Shown in pieces: positions 10,893 to 24,072 of a stretch of 64,000 nucleotides of DNA; the first letter of the stretch is position 1; every line of letters starts with the position of its first letter. The notes beneath the pieces were generated by a model that saw nothing but the letters and a program-made list of their open reading frames with translations, ran no database searches and had not been told where the DNA came from. Both the position numbers and the translations under genes were made by a program. Origin of the DNA: Selaginella moellendorffii. Taxonomy: Eukaryota > Plantae > Lycopodiophyta. The stretch spans positions 3,716,443 through 3,780,442 of the forward strand of contig NW_003314265.1 of NCBI RefSeq assembly GCF_000143415.4, given 5' to 3'.

Positions 10893-13587
10893 TCAAGCGT
10901 AAGGGGGATCCATCATCGTCCACTCAAAGACTTGCTCGTATTGCAGTGCCGCTCGATCCCACGAGAAGTCCTGCGACATGCCGCGCTTGATTATCCCATT
11001 CCACGACTCTTTGTGGTTCCTGTACGTTGAAATGGCTGTAAACAACGCCTGCACAGAAGAGCAAATTGTTATTTGGATCACAACACACAACCATGTCAAC
11101 TTACTCCTATCATGGCGTCCTTCGACAATGGAGAAAAAGTCCATCTGTACAAACGTTTTGGTTTTGCTAGGTAACAAAAGGAAAATGTGGAGCTTTGCTC
11201 ACCCTGTCCCAGCACCTAGTCCACCATTTGCAAATGGATTGAATCCCTCGACTGTGTCCTGCAGTGACAGCAAAAACCAAAGAGATGAGTTATTGAGTTA
11301 AAATGATCCCGACCACGTACCCGAAGGCCCCCGGTTGAATGAACGACGGGTATAGTTCCATATCTCATTGCGTAGAGCTGGTTTAGTCCACAAGGCTCAA
11401 ATCGCGAAGGCATCAGCAAGATATCACACCTGCAACATCAACAATCAAATACGAGAAACAAGGAACAGCAGCGGCCAATTGTTACCCGGCAGTGATCCGA
11501 TGCGCAACCGGCACGTTGAAACCAACCCATCCTCGAAACTTTTCTTTGTAATTCACTTCGGCCCACACCATCCACGACTCGATAGAAGGCTCTCCAGAGC
11601 CCAGCATTATCTGCAAAACATGACTATATGAACTTTGAAAGTAAGAAAAATCATTCCGAGTGTACCATTTGCACGTCGTCGGACAAGAGCTCTGGCAATG
11701 CTTCCTGGATAAGATCTGGACCTTTCTGGTAGTCTAAACGTCCGATAAATCCAATCTGTGAAGTGAAACCAAGTGATTCGAGATAAAGAGACACTCCAGA
11801 ATTTTCTTGCGTACCAGCGGGACATCCGGCCTCACCGCCAACCCCAGCTCCTTTTGAATTGCCGCTTTGCACTGAGCCTGGACTTAAAAACCACAGCATG
11901 AACCCTGTGAACTCTGCGTTTTATCGCCTCACCTTTCCCGAAAAGTCGTCAAGTGTATACTGTGAAGCGATGTTCCTGTCTGTCGCTGGATTCCAGTCAT
12001 CAACGTCAATCCCGTTTGTTATACCTGTCACATAGCTATGATAAAAACTCTGAGAACCAGCTCAAAACATCGAAGTAGAACAGGCCAAGGTGTCAAGTGT
12101 CACCATTAATTACTGAGTTCCTGCTACGAAGGAGACCGTCCAAACCGAATCCACCCTCTGCGGTGGTCATCTCCCAAGCATATCCCTGGCAACGGAAAAA
12201 AAATAAATTTCCTGAGAGTTGAAGAAAGAAAAGGCCAAAAGGCGAGAACCTGGCTGACTGTGAGGATGCGATCTGCAGTAACAATGCCACCTTTCAAGTG
12301 ATTGACAGCTTCTCCTTTGTCAAGAGCATGCGCCCTCGCCCAGTTTGGAAACACCCATTCCAATGCTCCATACCAGTCAGGAGGCAAGCCGAGGTTTCCA
12401 TATGTTGTCGATGGCTCAACTCCCTAGTGCGTGTCAAGGTCAGTCAGCTCAAACTAAAACCAGGAAATCGAGGTTTGGATCCACCTGATGTGCGAGATTG
12501 TGGATGGCAAGAACGCAGCGGGAGTCTTTGTACACATTGTTTCGACGGTACTTGGAAGATATCAGCCTACATTATGTATCCCGTAAGTCGCAAACAAGGA
12601 AGAAAAACCATACCACCACTTACACTGGAACCAGACCGGCATGCCAGTCATTGGCAATGAACAAACACTTATCGCCATATACGCAGCCACCGAGAGGCAA
12701 AACCAGAGGAGCTTCGCACGCGGCATGGCACAAAAGAGTGAATCGAAACTGCCAAGAGAAAACACAGCTCGAAAAATCGATGGAGAAACACTCGCGTACT
12801 TGGTTGTCGCCGAAAGTTCCACGCGTGTCTCCGTACGGGGTTCCAAGGCGATGATACGAGGGATGATCCACGAAAACCTGTCAAAAGGAGCTGATCAAAA
12901 CTTGAGAAAAGAAGAGAGTTCCATACCCAATCAACACCCGCTCGATACTCGTGGAAAAACGCGACTTCGTGCTCGGCTCCGAAACATCCCACCTTGATAC
13001 GGCACTGCGCGTCGACCGCTGCCTTGTACAAGTGCTGCGTCGCTGCGCTGAGGTAGCGAGGTGTTATAACCATGACGCGGTGGCCTCTGCGAGCAAGCGA
13101 GACTGGTAGCGAGCCGCAGACGTCGCCAAGGCCGCCAGTCTTGGAGTATGGCGCGGCTTCGGACGAGACGATCACCACATTGAAAGGAGTCTTCGCGCGA
13201 CGGCTGGTTTCGCTAAGGTCGGATCGAGAAAGTATCGTGTCTCGCAGGGAGTCGAGTTCCAATGCTGCTGCTGGCTCCCCGGCACCTACACGAAAAAAAA
13301 AGGAACAAATTGCTCTATCGTCTCGGCAAGGAGAAAAGGAATCTTACCCTCGATCTTCGTCGCGGTCTGGGAAGCCAATGCACGGCAATTTGGCCTAGAA
13401 GAGATCACAACGATCTCAAAAAACCATGGAAACTATAGAAACTCCCAAACCTTTTCGTGGAGGAAAAGCTCCCATTGAAGCTCTTGCTTTTTACGACCGC
13501 CACAGCGATCTTGGGCGCTCCGGGAGCTGGATCGCCACCGCCCACCTTGGCCGCAATGGCAGCACGGCATGCGTTCGCGGCCGCCAT
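10893..13587 (-). CDS. SS1: Soluble starch synthase I (GT5), multi-exon, with transit-peptide-like N-terminus
   Basis: [59 protein letters not shown] and C-terminal MDPPYA spread across short-intron exons. Confidence 0.9.
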
Positions 13588-13773
13588 CGCTCGCTGCTCG
13601 GCAAAACCCAGACAAAGCTACAAAATTGTTCTGTCAATCCATAGCGGACGTGTGTCGTGTCGTCCATTTGTTACAAGAAAAAAAGATTCTCTAAGCATAT
13701 GCAGTTATGCCGTCAACGGCCGAGTCACCAAGGTCAACGCATTTTTCTTTTTTTTTGCTCAATCCAAAATTCT

Positions 13774-15464
13774 CTAGTTCTTCTTGCGCACCAAGTCCTG
13801 GATGGAGACCACGGTGCCCGCGACCCCAGCCAGCGCGCTGACCACGACAATCCCCACGATCCCCACCAGCCTCCACCGCTGCTGCGCCTGGATCAAGCTC
13901 CGGTAGAAGATCTTGACGTAGAAGACGCAGGGGAAGACGACGCACAGCGTGACGCTCACCGAGGAGCCGATGAGCTCGATGATGTTTGCGAAGTATGGGA
14001 AGAGGAGCGCGCCCAGGGTGATGCCCAGCAGCAGCGCCGTCCGCAGCGCCATGGAGGCGGCGTGCACGAGCCTGGAGTCGCTCCTCCACGGCAGCCGCGG
14101 CAGCAGCACACCCTCGAGCTCGCACGAGATGGGAGAGAGGAAGAGCGCGAACTGGGTGACGGGGGTGATGAGCGTCGCCCAGATGGCCACCTTGGACGCC
14201 AGGAGATTGGGCGGCATGCTGAGGTGAACCTGGGCTTTGGTCTGCGCTCCAAACATCACGGAGCCGATTATGCCCACGATCACGTTGAGCAGCGTCGCCA
14301 TGGCGAAGCTGAGCGTCAGGACCTGCAAAGTTCGTCAGCCCAGTCTCAAGCTTGCATCTAGTGAGACAAAGACTTACCGATGGTCACTTTAGAGGAAGTT
14401 TTTGTGTGGCAGTGGCAGTGGATGGAGTAGTACCTCGGAGAATCTGCCGGGGGACTTCATGGAGCGGTAGACGTTGGGAAGAACCGCGGTGGCGCCAAAG
14501 GTGAAGGTGTAGACACCGGTGGCGATGGGGACGTTGCGGGGACGGAAGACGGCCACGTCCTGGTCGAAGCCGATGTTGTTCTTGATGCCCGCGACGAGGA
14601 GGCAGACGATGGTGACGAGGATGCTAATGGCGCACCAGAAGGAGAGGTAGGAGATGGTGCTGAGCTTGCGGAACCAGACGGTGGGGAGGATGACCAGGAA
14701 GGCGATGCAGGTGAAGATGGTCTTGCCGGTGAATCCCAGGACGCGGAGGTGGGAGCGGGGGAAGATGAGGAGCATGGTGTCGCCCATGGACACCATGTAG
14801 CCGACGAGGCTGCCCAAAATGTCGATGTAGAAGAAGGTGGTGATGAGGAGGCGGCCCCAGCGCGGGAAGGCCTTGGCGGCCACGTCCTGGTAGTTGCGGA
14901 GGCTCTCGTCGGGCTCCATGCACAGGCAGACGAGCTTGGAGCCCATCCAGAAGAAGGTGGCGGTGATGCACAGCACCGCCAGGCCCAAAAAGCCGCACCG
15001 CTCCACCGCGTACGCGGACGACAGGGTTCCCAGCCCTGCAACACAAACAACAGCAAAGGTGGTCGATCGGTCGAGAGGGATAGAGAGCGAAGCTAGATCT
15101 ATGAAGCAATCCCAGAGAGAGAGAGAGAGAGAAAGCTAAGATCTATGCATTGCAGAGAAAGAGTTAAGAGGAGAGGCTTACCGATGAGCAAGACGAAGGC
15201 ATTGATGGTGGCCTGGAAGAAGGTGGAGTGGCCGGGCTGAGCAGCGTTGTCGCTCAAGCAATCGACGCACGGGCAGGCCCTGGAATCCGTGCATCGCCCA
15301 GACTCGACAAGCTCTTCCGCTCGCGGCTTGCTTTCGTCCCTCTTGTAGCTGGATCGATCGGTGGATTCTTGGGTGGGGCTCTCGCCGCCGCCGCCGCTGG
15401 AGCTGTTGTTCGCGAGAAGATGAAAGCCCTGCTGGTGGTGATCGCGAGGGGAAAGGCTTCCCAT
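13774..15464 (-). CDS. Amino-acid transporter, AVT1-like (Aa_trans family); about 3 exons
   Basis: STFFQATINAFVLLIG|LGTLSSAYAVERCG, NYQDVAAKAF, PNVYRSMKSPGRF, PYFANIIELIGSS; multiple TM helices. Confidence 0.88.
15114..15132. repeat. (GA)n microsatellite in an intron of the amino-acid transporter
   Basis: Seen directly. Confidence 0.85.
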
Positions 15465-16720
15465 GAATCACCACCACTTCGCCCACCACCACCAGTGCCT
15501 GTCGATGGCTGCGTCGCCACACCCGGGCGGCGGGGCCATTAGCCGTCTCACTGCTTACCTCCTCCTTTCTCCGCCATTCTCCAAGCAAAACGCCCTTTCA
15601 CCTCCTTGCCGCGAAAGCGAGTGCCACGTCAAGAGTAAAAACCTACCATTGCCAAGTCAGCAAGCCAAGAAAGAACTTCCTTCATGGCTTCGCCGCCAAC
15701 TTTGCATGGTCTTTCTTGGTCGTTGTCTCGCCGCCTTGACCGATTTGACCATCGTTCTCACGCATAGATTAATACTGTAACGCTTCTTTCTTTGTCAAGC
15801 GCAACTGGTGTGAACAATGCAAAATATTTACTTAAAATACGAGATAAAATAAAGAAAGTTTGCTTACCTTTATAAAAATAAAATTTTATAAAACCTTGAA
15901 AACTTATACCGATACTAATCAATCGAATCGAGAGGAGATCACTATTCACAGGGCCCTTGTGCTTCATAAACAAAGCAACACGCAAAGAAAAATCTTCCAC
16001 CCCAAATAAAACCAACCTGTATTTGGAGCGCTTGCCATGGTGCTTGAAAACTTCGCTTCTATTCAATCCCATCTTCCGCTTAATCTGCCACAAGTAGCGA
16101 CAAGGAGAAAGCTCGCTTTCACGCTGGGCCGAAAGGCTTTGCATGTGATTTCTCGAGCTTCGCTTTGCCTTGGCTGCGCTGTGCTTCGTTTTGCCTCGGC
16201 GCGCTTTGTTTTTCTTGTCCGCCTCTGTCACCCTGTCCCCTGCACTGCTGCGATAAGCTAAGCCTGCAATGCGAGTGATTTGATTCCTCTACACCTCCTC
16301 CTCCTCCAGAGCTGCGACCTCTGCTCACACTTCGCTTTCGGCTAGCGCGGAAGAGTTCGTTGTTGCTGGTTGGTATGGCGTGCATTTCGGGAAAGAGCTC
16401 AGTCATCAGTAGCTAAAAGAGCGCTTGAACTGTGGCTTGTGAGTGTGTGTGTCCTTGCAGCTCCGCATTTACTTCCACTATCATGGACTTGATTGCTGCT
16501 GAGTGTGTTGCTTTGCTGCCGAGAGTGTTCTTCCTGTGACACCATTATTCCGCTGGTTGAAAGTTTCCTCCCTGCTCTTCACTCCGCGGAATAGACAGCA
16601 GTAGATGCCGGGGCAAACCTGGCAACAGCGGGGGATCCACAGGAAAAACTGGAAAGGAACTCACGGTAAGTTGAGCAGTGGAAGAAGCTGAGAGAAGCGT
16701 ATCTTTTGTGTGGGAACATT

Positions 16721-17392
16721 ATGGAGAGCTCCATCGACGACAAGGCTGGACCAGTTGCAATTGGAGCCAAGGGGACCATCGTCTCACTTATGGAGAAAGA
16801 GCTCCAGCTCCACCAGGAAAGCTCCAAAACAATCAAGCTCGCTGCGCCTCAGCTGCAGGTCAGGAACGAGGCTGTGTCAGTCTACTGCGGAAACTTTGCA
16901 AGCAACGCAAGAGGTAACAGGAGCTCACCAGTGACAAAGTCGGGATCATGTACAGAACGTAGTCCCGGTGTCATCAAAACAAGCTGCAAGGACGCACTGG
17001 GAAGATCCAGCTCTCTGAGAAACTCCAGATCGAAGGGAGCAAAACTCTTCCAGTTCCCTTCTCCAAAGTCCAGGGACGCTCCAAGGAAACAAGTCGTGTC
17101 ATATCACAACGCCGGGAGCTCCGGAATGTTGTCTTTCGTCAGCAGCAGCAACAACGACGCCTTGTCCAGAAGCTCTCAACTCTCGGCTGGGTCGGTGGAT
17201 GATCACTTGCTTCCTATCCTGAGTCCTGGACGTCAGAAGCTTCCCAAACTTTCCAGTCCATCAAAGTTTTCCGTTGCTTCTCCCGTCCAGATAGCAGACA
17301 CCAGGTGCTACAGAGGTGGTCGCGAGCTCTTCCGACCTTTTCCAAAGTCTAGCACATCGCCAAAGAAGCAGCTCAATTTCTGGAGGCTTTAA
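16721..17392 (+). CDS. Hypothetical Ser/Lys-rich protein (223 aa)
   Basis: Open frame from ATG 16721 to TAA 17392. Short segment GAKGTIVSLMEKEL; no recognised domain. Confidence 0.5.
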   Translation: MESSIDDKAGPVAIGAKGTIVSLMEKELQLHQESSKTIKLAAPQLQVRNEAVSVYCGNFASNARGNRSSPVTKSGSCTERSPGVIKTSCKDALGRSSSLRNSRSKGAKLFQFPSPKSRDAPRKQVVSYHNAGSSGMLSFVSSSNNDALSRSSQLSAGSVDDHLLPILSPGRQKLPKLSSPSKFSVASPVQIADTRCYRGGRELFRPFPKSSTSPKKQLNFWRL

Positions 17393-17675
17393 ACCTGCAG
17401 ATCCAGAACACACCCATCAGAAAGAAAAACAAAATTATGCAGTCATACATACCGTCCATTGTTCAAGCACTTCTAGTCACCTGAGGTAAGTAAGAAAGCG
17501 AAGGTAAGAACAAATGACAATTGCACACTGTTAGCAAAATAGGAAAGCAGTAAAAGAAAGCAGAAGCTTTACAGTAAACATTTCCCAATCTCGGCATTCA
17601 CCTCCGCAAGCCCAAGACTTTATTCCTGGCTGCATCACCTCGAGCACTACCGCGTCATTTTTTTCTTTTTCTTCT

Positions 17676-19408
17676 TCATCTAAAACGTTTCGTGTGCTCT
17701 CCCAGCAGTGGAGCATCCGAGCCGATGCTATCCTGAAGAGACATCCCTGTCCCCGGCTTGCCTTTTAGTCCCGGACTCTTCTGCGTGATTCCGCTGTTCC
17801 TGGAAGAACGTAAAGGTCCGGAGTTTGGAACAACGCCGTCAGCCAAAGGATATGAGAGTCTTTTCTTCGCTGCATCTTTGTCTGGAGTTGCAGGCCTTTG
17901 CTTGGGAGTACTGCTGGAGCGGGACCGAGCTCTTGTGGATTCTGTCGGTGCCATGTAGCTTGGAACCGAAGGATAGCTCGCAAGGCTCTCGTCATCCCTC
18001 ACTGAACTTGAAATGCTTGAATTGTTGGGATGTTTCACAGCAATAGCTGACAAGCTATTGTTTATTGTACTTCGGGGCGTCCTGTCGTCGACCAAACGCG
18101 TACTTCTCGGACTGGCCGAGTGAAGCATTCCTCTCGCGGATGGTGTGTGGTTGCCGTTGCTTTTGTTCGTGAGACTGGGACTATTCAGCTCGTTTTCCTG
18201 CTTCCGCCTGCCGCTTGAACTAAACCGCCCGGAATCAACCTCTAGTATTTTAGTTACCACGTCCTCGGTGCTCTTTAGAGAGAAGCCATCGGGAGCATCT
18301 TTCTCCATAGCACGGCCCTCCCACGGCCGAGCAGTCATCCACCGCTCTAACCAGCTCCATCCCCAGTGTGACTTTTCTGGATCGCCATCCAGATACATCG
18401 CAGAAGCATCTTTTGGTTCCGATCTCCACAGCTGCAATAAGAAGAAAGATGTACTTCTGAGCCAAATTCCTGGAGGCGTAAGCTTACTTGGTGAGAAAAA
18501 GCGTAGGCCAGAGCTCTCTCTCTTTTCATGGCAGCTTCCTGTTTGCTTTGCATCTTAGCTTGAATTTCCTCGGCAGTCTTCACGCTGTGATCCCAAACTT
18601 CCACACTCGTCTCAACCTTTGGAAACCAAAAGACAAACGAAGTCTAGTCAGCTGGAAAGCTGTGTTAAAATACGTACGTCAGGAAGCGCTTCTTGTTCCT
18701 CGAGTCGCTTTTGCCAAACTTGATTCTTCAGAGTTTGAGATTCTTCCGCCATCCTGACTCTTCTTGCACGTACCCGAGCTTGGACGCGCACAAGAGCTTG
18801 CATGCATCGTAACGTCATAGTTGCCTGACGACGGACGGCATGCCCGCGAACCAAAGCTTGTAGCCTTACCAGACCTCTCAAGGCACGCAGTGCACGTCGA
18901 GCCTGGTTGATCAAATATGAAACAAATGAAGACTAAGATCCACAGAAAAAACACGCACCAGATATCCTCGAAAGGCAGTCTGGATCTTCACAGCGGCCCA
19001 CTCCTCTTTCGGTTTTCCACCATGGACAGAAGGTCGTCCACCAGTAAGTCGAACGACAGCAGCGGCCGCCTGAGCAGCAGCAACAGCAGCCTCGGCCGCC
19101 GCAGCAGTAGCAACAGCAACAGCCATCGCATGCTTGCTTTGCTCGTCTTCGGTTTGAAGTACCGAATTATCATCCGTTGCACCATTCCATTTTTTTTGGT
19201 GTTGGTTTTCATCCTGGATCTGTTTTCTCTGAAACGAGGAGGAAGTGTTAGTGCTCGAGATGAGAATCAGAGAAAAGATCCAACTCACATTATTGTTATC
19301 TAATTTTTCCGACTCCTTGACGGACGAGGTGTCGGTTTTCTCCTTTTCATTTTTGGAGGGCGATCCAAATGCTTTTTTCACGGCAGAGAACCACTTCTTC
19401 TTCCCCAT
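17676..19408 (-). CDS. IQ67-domain (IQD) calmodulin-binding protein, multi-exon
   Basis: [57 protein letters not shown]|[46 protein letters not shown]. Confidence 0.95.
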
Positions 19409-20717
19409 TTGGAAGGCGTTTTCCCTGAATCGCTGCACAGTTCCACAACTCGCTCAGTGCAAATCCAGCAGCTCACAACGCACACATCTATATCTCCACC
19501 GAAATTCATCGCTAAGCTACATTCCAATGCGCGATCTAGCTAGAAATGCACATCACTCGAGCGCCAAATCCACATTGTCCCCAAAATGCTCACCTCGACA
19601 ATGCACAGCGATCTTCGCACGCCCGGGAGGCGATCAAGGCGCCGCTGCGCGGATCATCGCAGCGGCATTCTCCGGAGATTCACGGCCACGACCGCCGCTC
19701 GCCGGAATCGCTGTAGCGCCCCCGCGCCCGCGCCTCCGCCTTGGCCTCCACTCCACCTACCTAAGAACTACAACAAAACCACTAAGCAAAACGCGATTCC
19801 GTACCAGCACGTACGCCCGGGCGCTGCGGCCGTCGGATTGACAGCATCGACGGTCCCCATCGCCGGCTTTGGACAAAACGTGCCACATTAAAGGAATAAC
19901 GTGCTTACATGTCGACCATCGAACGGAAAAATGGGACTGGTGAATCCACGTGGACTGCGTTTAACACACGAGTAAAAACCCCCGCGCGGACTTTTTATCC
20001 ATGGCGTGACATGCCCGTTACGTATGGAGAGAGCGGGCGGCTGCGATTTGACAGATCAACGCCTCAAAAATTGACTTCCAGCCAAACGCCCTGCCAAATA
20101 ATTACTTCCAGTCTCACAGTGGATCGTGATTCGTTAAATCTAATGCGCTATATTGTCCTAGGCTCCATGGTTTAGCTTACAATATAGACTTGCACGATTA
20201 TACCCGGAATGATGCTTGTGTATGACTATCACAAGGTTTTATATTCATCGTAAGAACTGTGGAGTGAAAAGTAGCAGCCTTGCTATCCAAACACACGAAA
20301 AGCAATTGAGCGAAACGCACTAGCGACTAGTCTTTTCCAGCAGGTGTCCACTCTCTGTCTTTCCATTTCTTTTAGATCTCGCAGAGTGCTTTTGGTGCGT
20401 CGGTGCCTTTCACCTGCGTCATTGCACGGCAGATCAAGTAAGTCCAGGGAGAAACGACACTATGAATCACAATGCCATCTATCCGCAAAAGTACTTAGAA
20501 TCTGATTTTGTAAGCATCAATAGCGAACTGAGAAAAATATCCCTGCGGTTTTCAGCAAGACCTGAAACCCGGGGGAGATATTGATCAAGAGCGAAGCTCG
20601 CGAGAATCATAGATAGAGAAATCTGCAAGTCACGAGAAGATCAACACAAGAGACCATGACACAAAACCGCACAGAGCTTACTGTATGTCTCCGAAACATC
20701 TTGCCGGTTGCTTCTAC

Positions 20718-21941
20718 TCATTTCAGCGTGTAGCTAACTTTTGTCACTCCTTTTTTCACTCTGATCTGCGTCACCTGTGAAGCGCGCAACATATGTTAAC
20801 TCAAAACCTCTTGACGCTCTTTCTTTCGAAGTCGCTTACTTTCAAGCCCGTGAGTGAGCTAACATCGTCGACATGGGTGCCACCGCAGGGGCATCCCGTG
20901 TGATCTCCGATCCTCACGATTCTGGGACTGCTATCCTGTGGCATTGAACATTGGAGGTCAGATACAAAGATCATAAGTTGTATCCAATTCATAAGAGTAT
21001 ACCTTGGATATATAATCGGGAAGGCTCCCGCCGCACAAGCCAGCAGCCTCGTCATAAGATAGCACAGATGCATTTACCTGTAGTACTAGCACGAATAAAT
21101 ACACTGGCACCAAAAAGAATAAGAACAAAGACAAAGCATCGGCATAGCACAACTCACCGAAGCACCACTTGCTATCAAACGATCAATTTCTTTCTGCAGG
21201 GCAACACGAGTCGACTCTATCTCACCGCTCGGAATTGCTCCTATGTACTCGACAAAAGCTCTATCCCGGAAAGAAAAGCTTTGCAAAGTGTAAAGTTGAG
21301 AATCGAAAGTCATACCCCTCTGGAGAATGGTTTCCTTTTGCCGGCTCCAAAGTTCGTCCCACAAGTTTCATGCATACATCTATCAAGTGCCCCGCAGTGT
21401 GCAGCCTGTTCTCGAAAAAATAAAGAAAGAAAAACTGGATAAGTACGGGTTTGCTTGTAGATTGTGTCGCACCTTGAGTGTAATTCCCTGCGTTGCGACT
21501 CAACTCTCAGGGTGACTTCCTGGCCAGCTTCGAAAGTAGAGTCTGATGGCTCAAAGACACCGTAGTGATAGACCTACAGCCAGCACAAGAGTGAAGCAGT
21601 AAATCCTCTGAGAAGAAACAAAACGAAAACTTACAACTCCATTCTTCATCCTTGTGTCCTGAACTTGGAATGTAGTGTCTCCATTCAAGCTCGAAATGGA
21701 GCCCCTGTCCGCGGGCTGTCCACCTCCTTGAGGATACAAGATTGTCCGATCCGAAACAATGGCTACTCGCTCAGAATCCTGGAGAATGAGGAGAGGACTC
21801 CATCTAAACATCCTAGCTAGAAAACTCACTCGCTACCTTTGTGATGGAGAGCACCTTGGCTGTTGCTTGGAGCTGCCGCATATTGTCGAAATACGAGAGC
21901 TTGGTGGGCTGCGCTGCCGCCGCCACGACCGCCTCCGCCAT
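20718..21941 (-). CDS. Free-standing alanyl-tRNA editing protein (AlaX-type), multi-exon
   Basis: PTKLSYFDNM, DRTILYPQGGGQPADRG, RLHTAGHLID (HxxxH), PCGGTHV (CxxxH), ending KKGVTKVSYTLK*; no synthetase catalytic domain. Confidence 0.88.
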
Positions 21942-22166
21942 GCTTCTTGCCAAGCAGCAAACGAATGACGCCCTAATAGAACCCATCTCTGTTCTTCCCG
22001 GACTGCTAAGGACCTTCTGGGCACGGTCAAGGGAGCTTCTTATGAACTTTCGTAAGTTAGAGTTCCACTAAGATCCTTCTAACAGACATTTCTTTTCTAA
22101 CAAATCTCATTTTACCACCTTCTAGGCAGCGGCCAAGGGAGCTTCTTCAAGACACCTCTCACAAAC

Positions 22167-22285
22167 CAAGGCGAGGACTGGTCAACGTGGCGCCACTAGA
22201 GGGAATGCCGGTGGTCAACATGGGAGATCACAGCCAAAGGTAGAAGCTGTCCAAAAGTTTGTGGAATGATTGTCTCGGAAGCTCA
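22167..22285 (+). pseudogene. Inverted, eroded fragment of 2-ODD exon 3/intron 3
   Basis: CAAGGCGAGGA.TGG..AACGTG..GCCACT.GAGGGAATGC.GGTGGTCAACATGGG.GATCA...AAAAGTTTGTGGAATGAT is the reverse complement of about 22605-22740. Confidence 0.75.
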
Positions 22286-22372
22286 CCGTTAACATTAGCG
22301 TTAACAAAAAAAATTCATTCAGTTTTATTCATGAGAATGGGAAAAAAATTGGCGCTTTTGAATGCTCAAGGC

Positions 22373-23532
22373 TCAAGCCACATAGACATTCTTCCCGGAG
22401 AAGTGCTCCGTGTACACCTCGTGCATGTAATCCCTATAAGTCCTGCTGCGGTACTTTGCCGGACTCTCCTGGCTCACCAGCTCTGGAATCGGGCTGATCT
22501 CCGCATCCAGTGACGGCCCCAGGAACGCCCCGACGGACAGCCTCGAACTCTTCGAGTTCACCATCACCCTGTGCAATATGCTCTTGTACCTCCCATTGCT
22601 CAGCTTCTGAGATCACCAACCAAGGACAACATCAAGATCATTCCACAAACTTTTCGACTGCTCGTACCTCTAGCTGATCGCCCATGTTGACCACCAGCAT
22701 TCCCTCGAGTGGCCTCACGTTGTACCAATCCTCGCCTTGCTTCAGCTGCAATCCCCCGACTCCATCCTGGAGCACAAACGTGAGGCCGCCGCTGTCGGTG
22801 TGGCCTTCCATGCCCAAGGCCTGCCTCGGGTTCGGGCAAGCCGGATAGAAGTTTGCTCTCGTCAGAAGAACCATGTCTGCGAATGCTTCCAGAAGACGGT
22901 TTGAGCGGAGGCCAAGTCCCTCGGACATGACCAACAGCATCCTCTTCCCGAGCTTGAAGATGTTTCTGGCGTACTCGGATCCAACGTCCCTGTTGCATAT
23001 AGAGCGTCAGCAATCTAGATCAATACGAAAAATCAAGGAGCGAGAAACTGACTTGTAGCTGGCTGGGAACGCGGGCCAGGGGTGCACTCCGAGGGACTCT
23101 TCCTTGAGCCACATCTGGAGGTGGTCGTGCCACTCAAGCTTCTCTTCTTTCGAAGGCATCATGCTGGTGCAGTAGCGGACGGGTGTGAAGATCTCCTCGG
23201 TGTAGTACCGCATCTTGTCCTCGCTGGGCGAGTTGAAGAACTCGAGAGCACACCTCATCACATCCTCGGTGTGAATTCCGTGGTTCTTGAGCTGCAAGTC
23301 AGAAGAACAACAACTTACAGGAAAAAGATACCTCATCAAAACTTACGTAGAACATTCCGTACTTTGTGCAAGCGTCAACGAGATCCCTCTCGAAGCTCTC
23401 GCTCGCCACGTCGACTATCGGCAGCACCGCGTACCGGGAGACATCGGCAGCTCCATTCGGCATCATGTATCTCTCCGGAACGCCCGACAGTGTCCCGTTG
23501 CAGCTGTCAACAAATGCCTTGATGCCAGCCAT
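22373..23532 (-). CDS. 2-oxoglutarate/Fe(II) dioxygenase (DOXC class), cassette copy 1, 4 exons, frame intact
   Basis: MAGIKAFVDS..VPERYMMP..LPIVD..ACTKYGMFY|LKNHGI; NFYPACP..HTDSGGLT..GGLQ..VNMGDQLE|..SNGRYKSILHRV..RLS gives HxD, H and RxS. Confidence 0.92.
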
Positions 23533-24072
23533 GGATGGGACTGTGTAAGCAAGAAAGCTTGGAAGACGAAAGATGGAAATGGAAATGTATGCTTGGATGC
23601 TAGGCTCTCTCAACTTTGAGATGTGGATATCAGTCTCCTCCCAGTGCCCTGCTGATATAGTTGCAAAAAACTAAGATTTCTATTTGGCAGTACGAATTTA
23701 AGAACGTTACGATTTGCACGAACTTTCCATGGATCCGCCTCCATTCAAGACCAATTTGTAGACTTTTCCGTCTCAATGACAGATTAGCGTTCATCTGGGG
23801 CCAAATGCGAACGCTAATCTGTCACTGATATGGGAAATGCAGTCAACGCTCAACTTAGTTGACTTGCGCATAGAAAACTTAGCCACGAAACTACGTTGTT
23901 GCCAAGTTTATGTTAAACTCTCTGCTTGAAGAAGCTTGCCATTTCAAAGAGCAAGCGACGGCTCGAGGCAGAGCGTCACATGGACTGCAATTATAACAAG
24001 ATATAAAGGCATGAAAACCATGATTCTGAAGAGCTTTCTCGTTACCTTGTGCGGTCCACAAAGCTGGCAGCA

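Noticed and set aside
15758-16406. ORFs of 157, 95 and 74 aa between the transporter and the Ser-rich gene
   Set aside because: No domains; they look like promoter/UTR sequence.
22373-23532. Assigning the 2-ODD to a named enzyme (DMR6, F6'H, F3H)
   Set aside because: The motifs are shared across DOXC clades; a phylogeny is needed.
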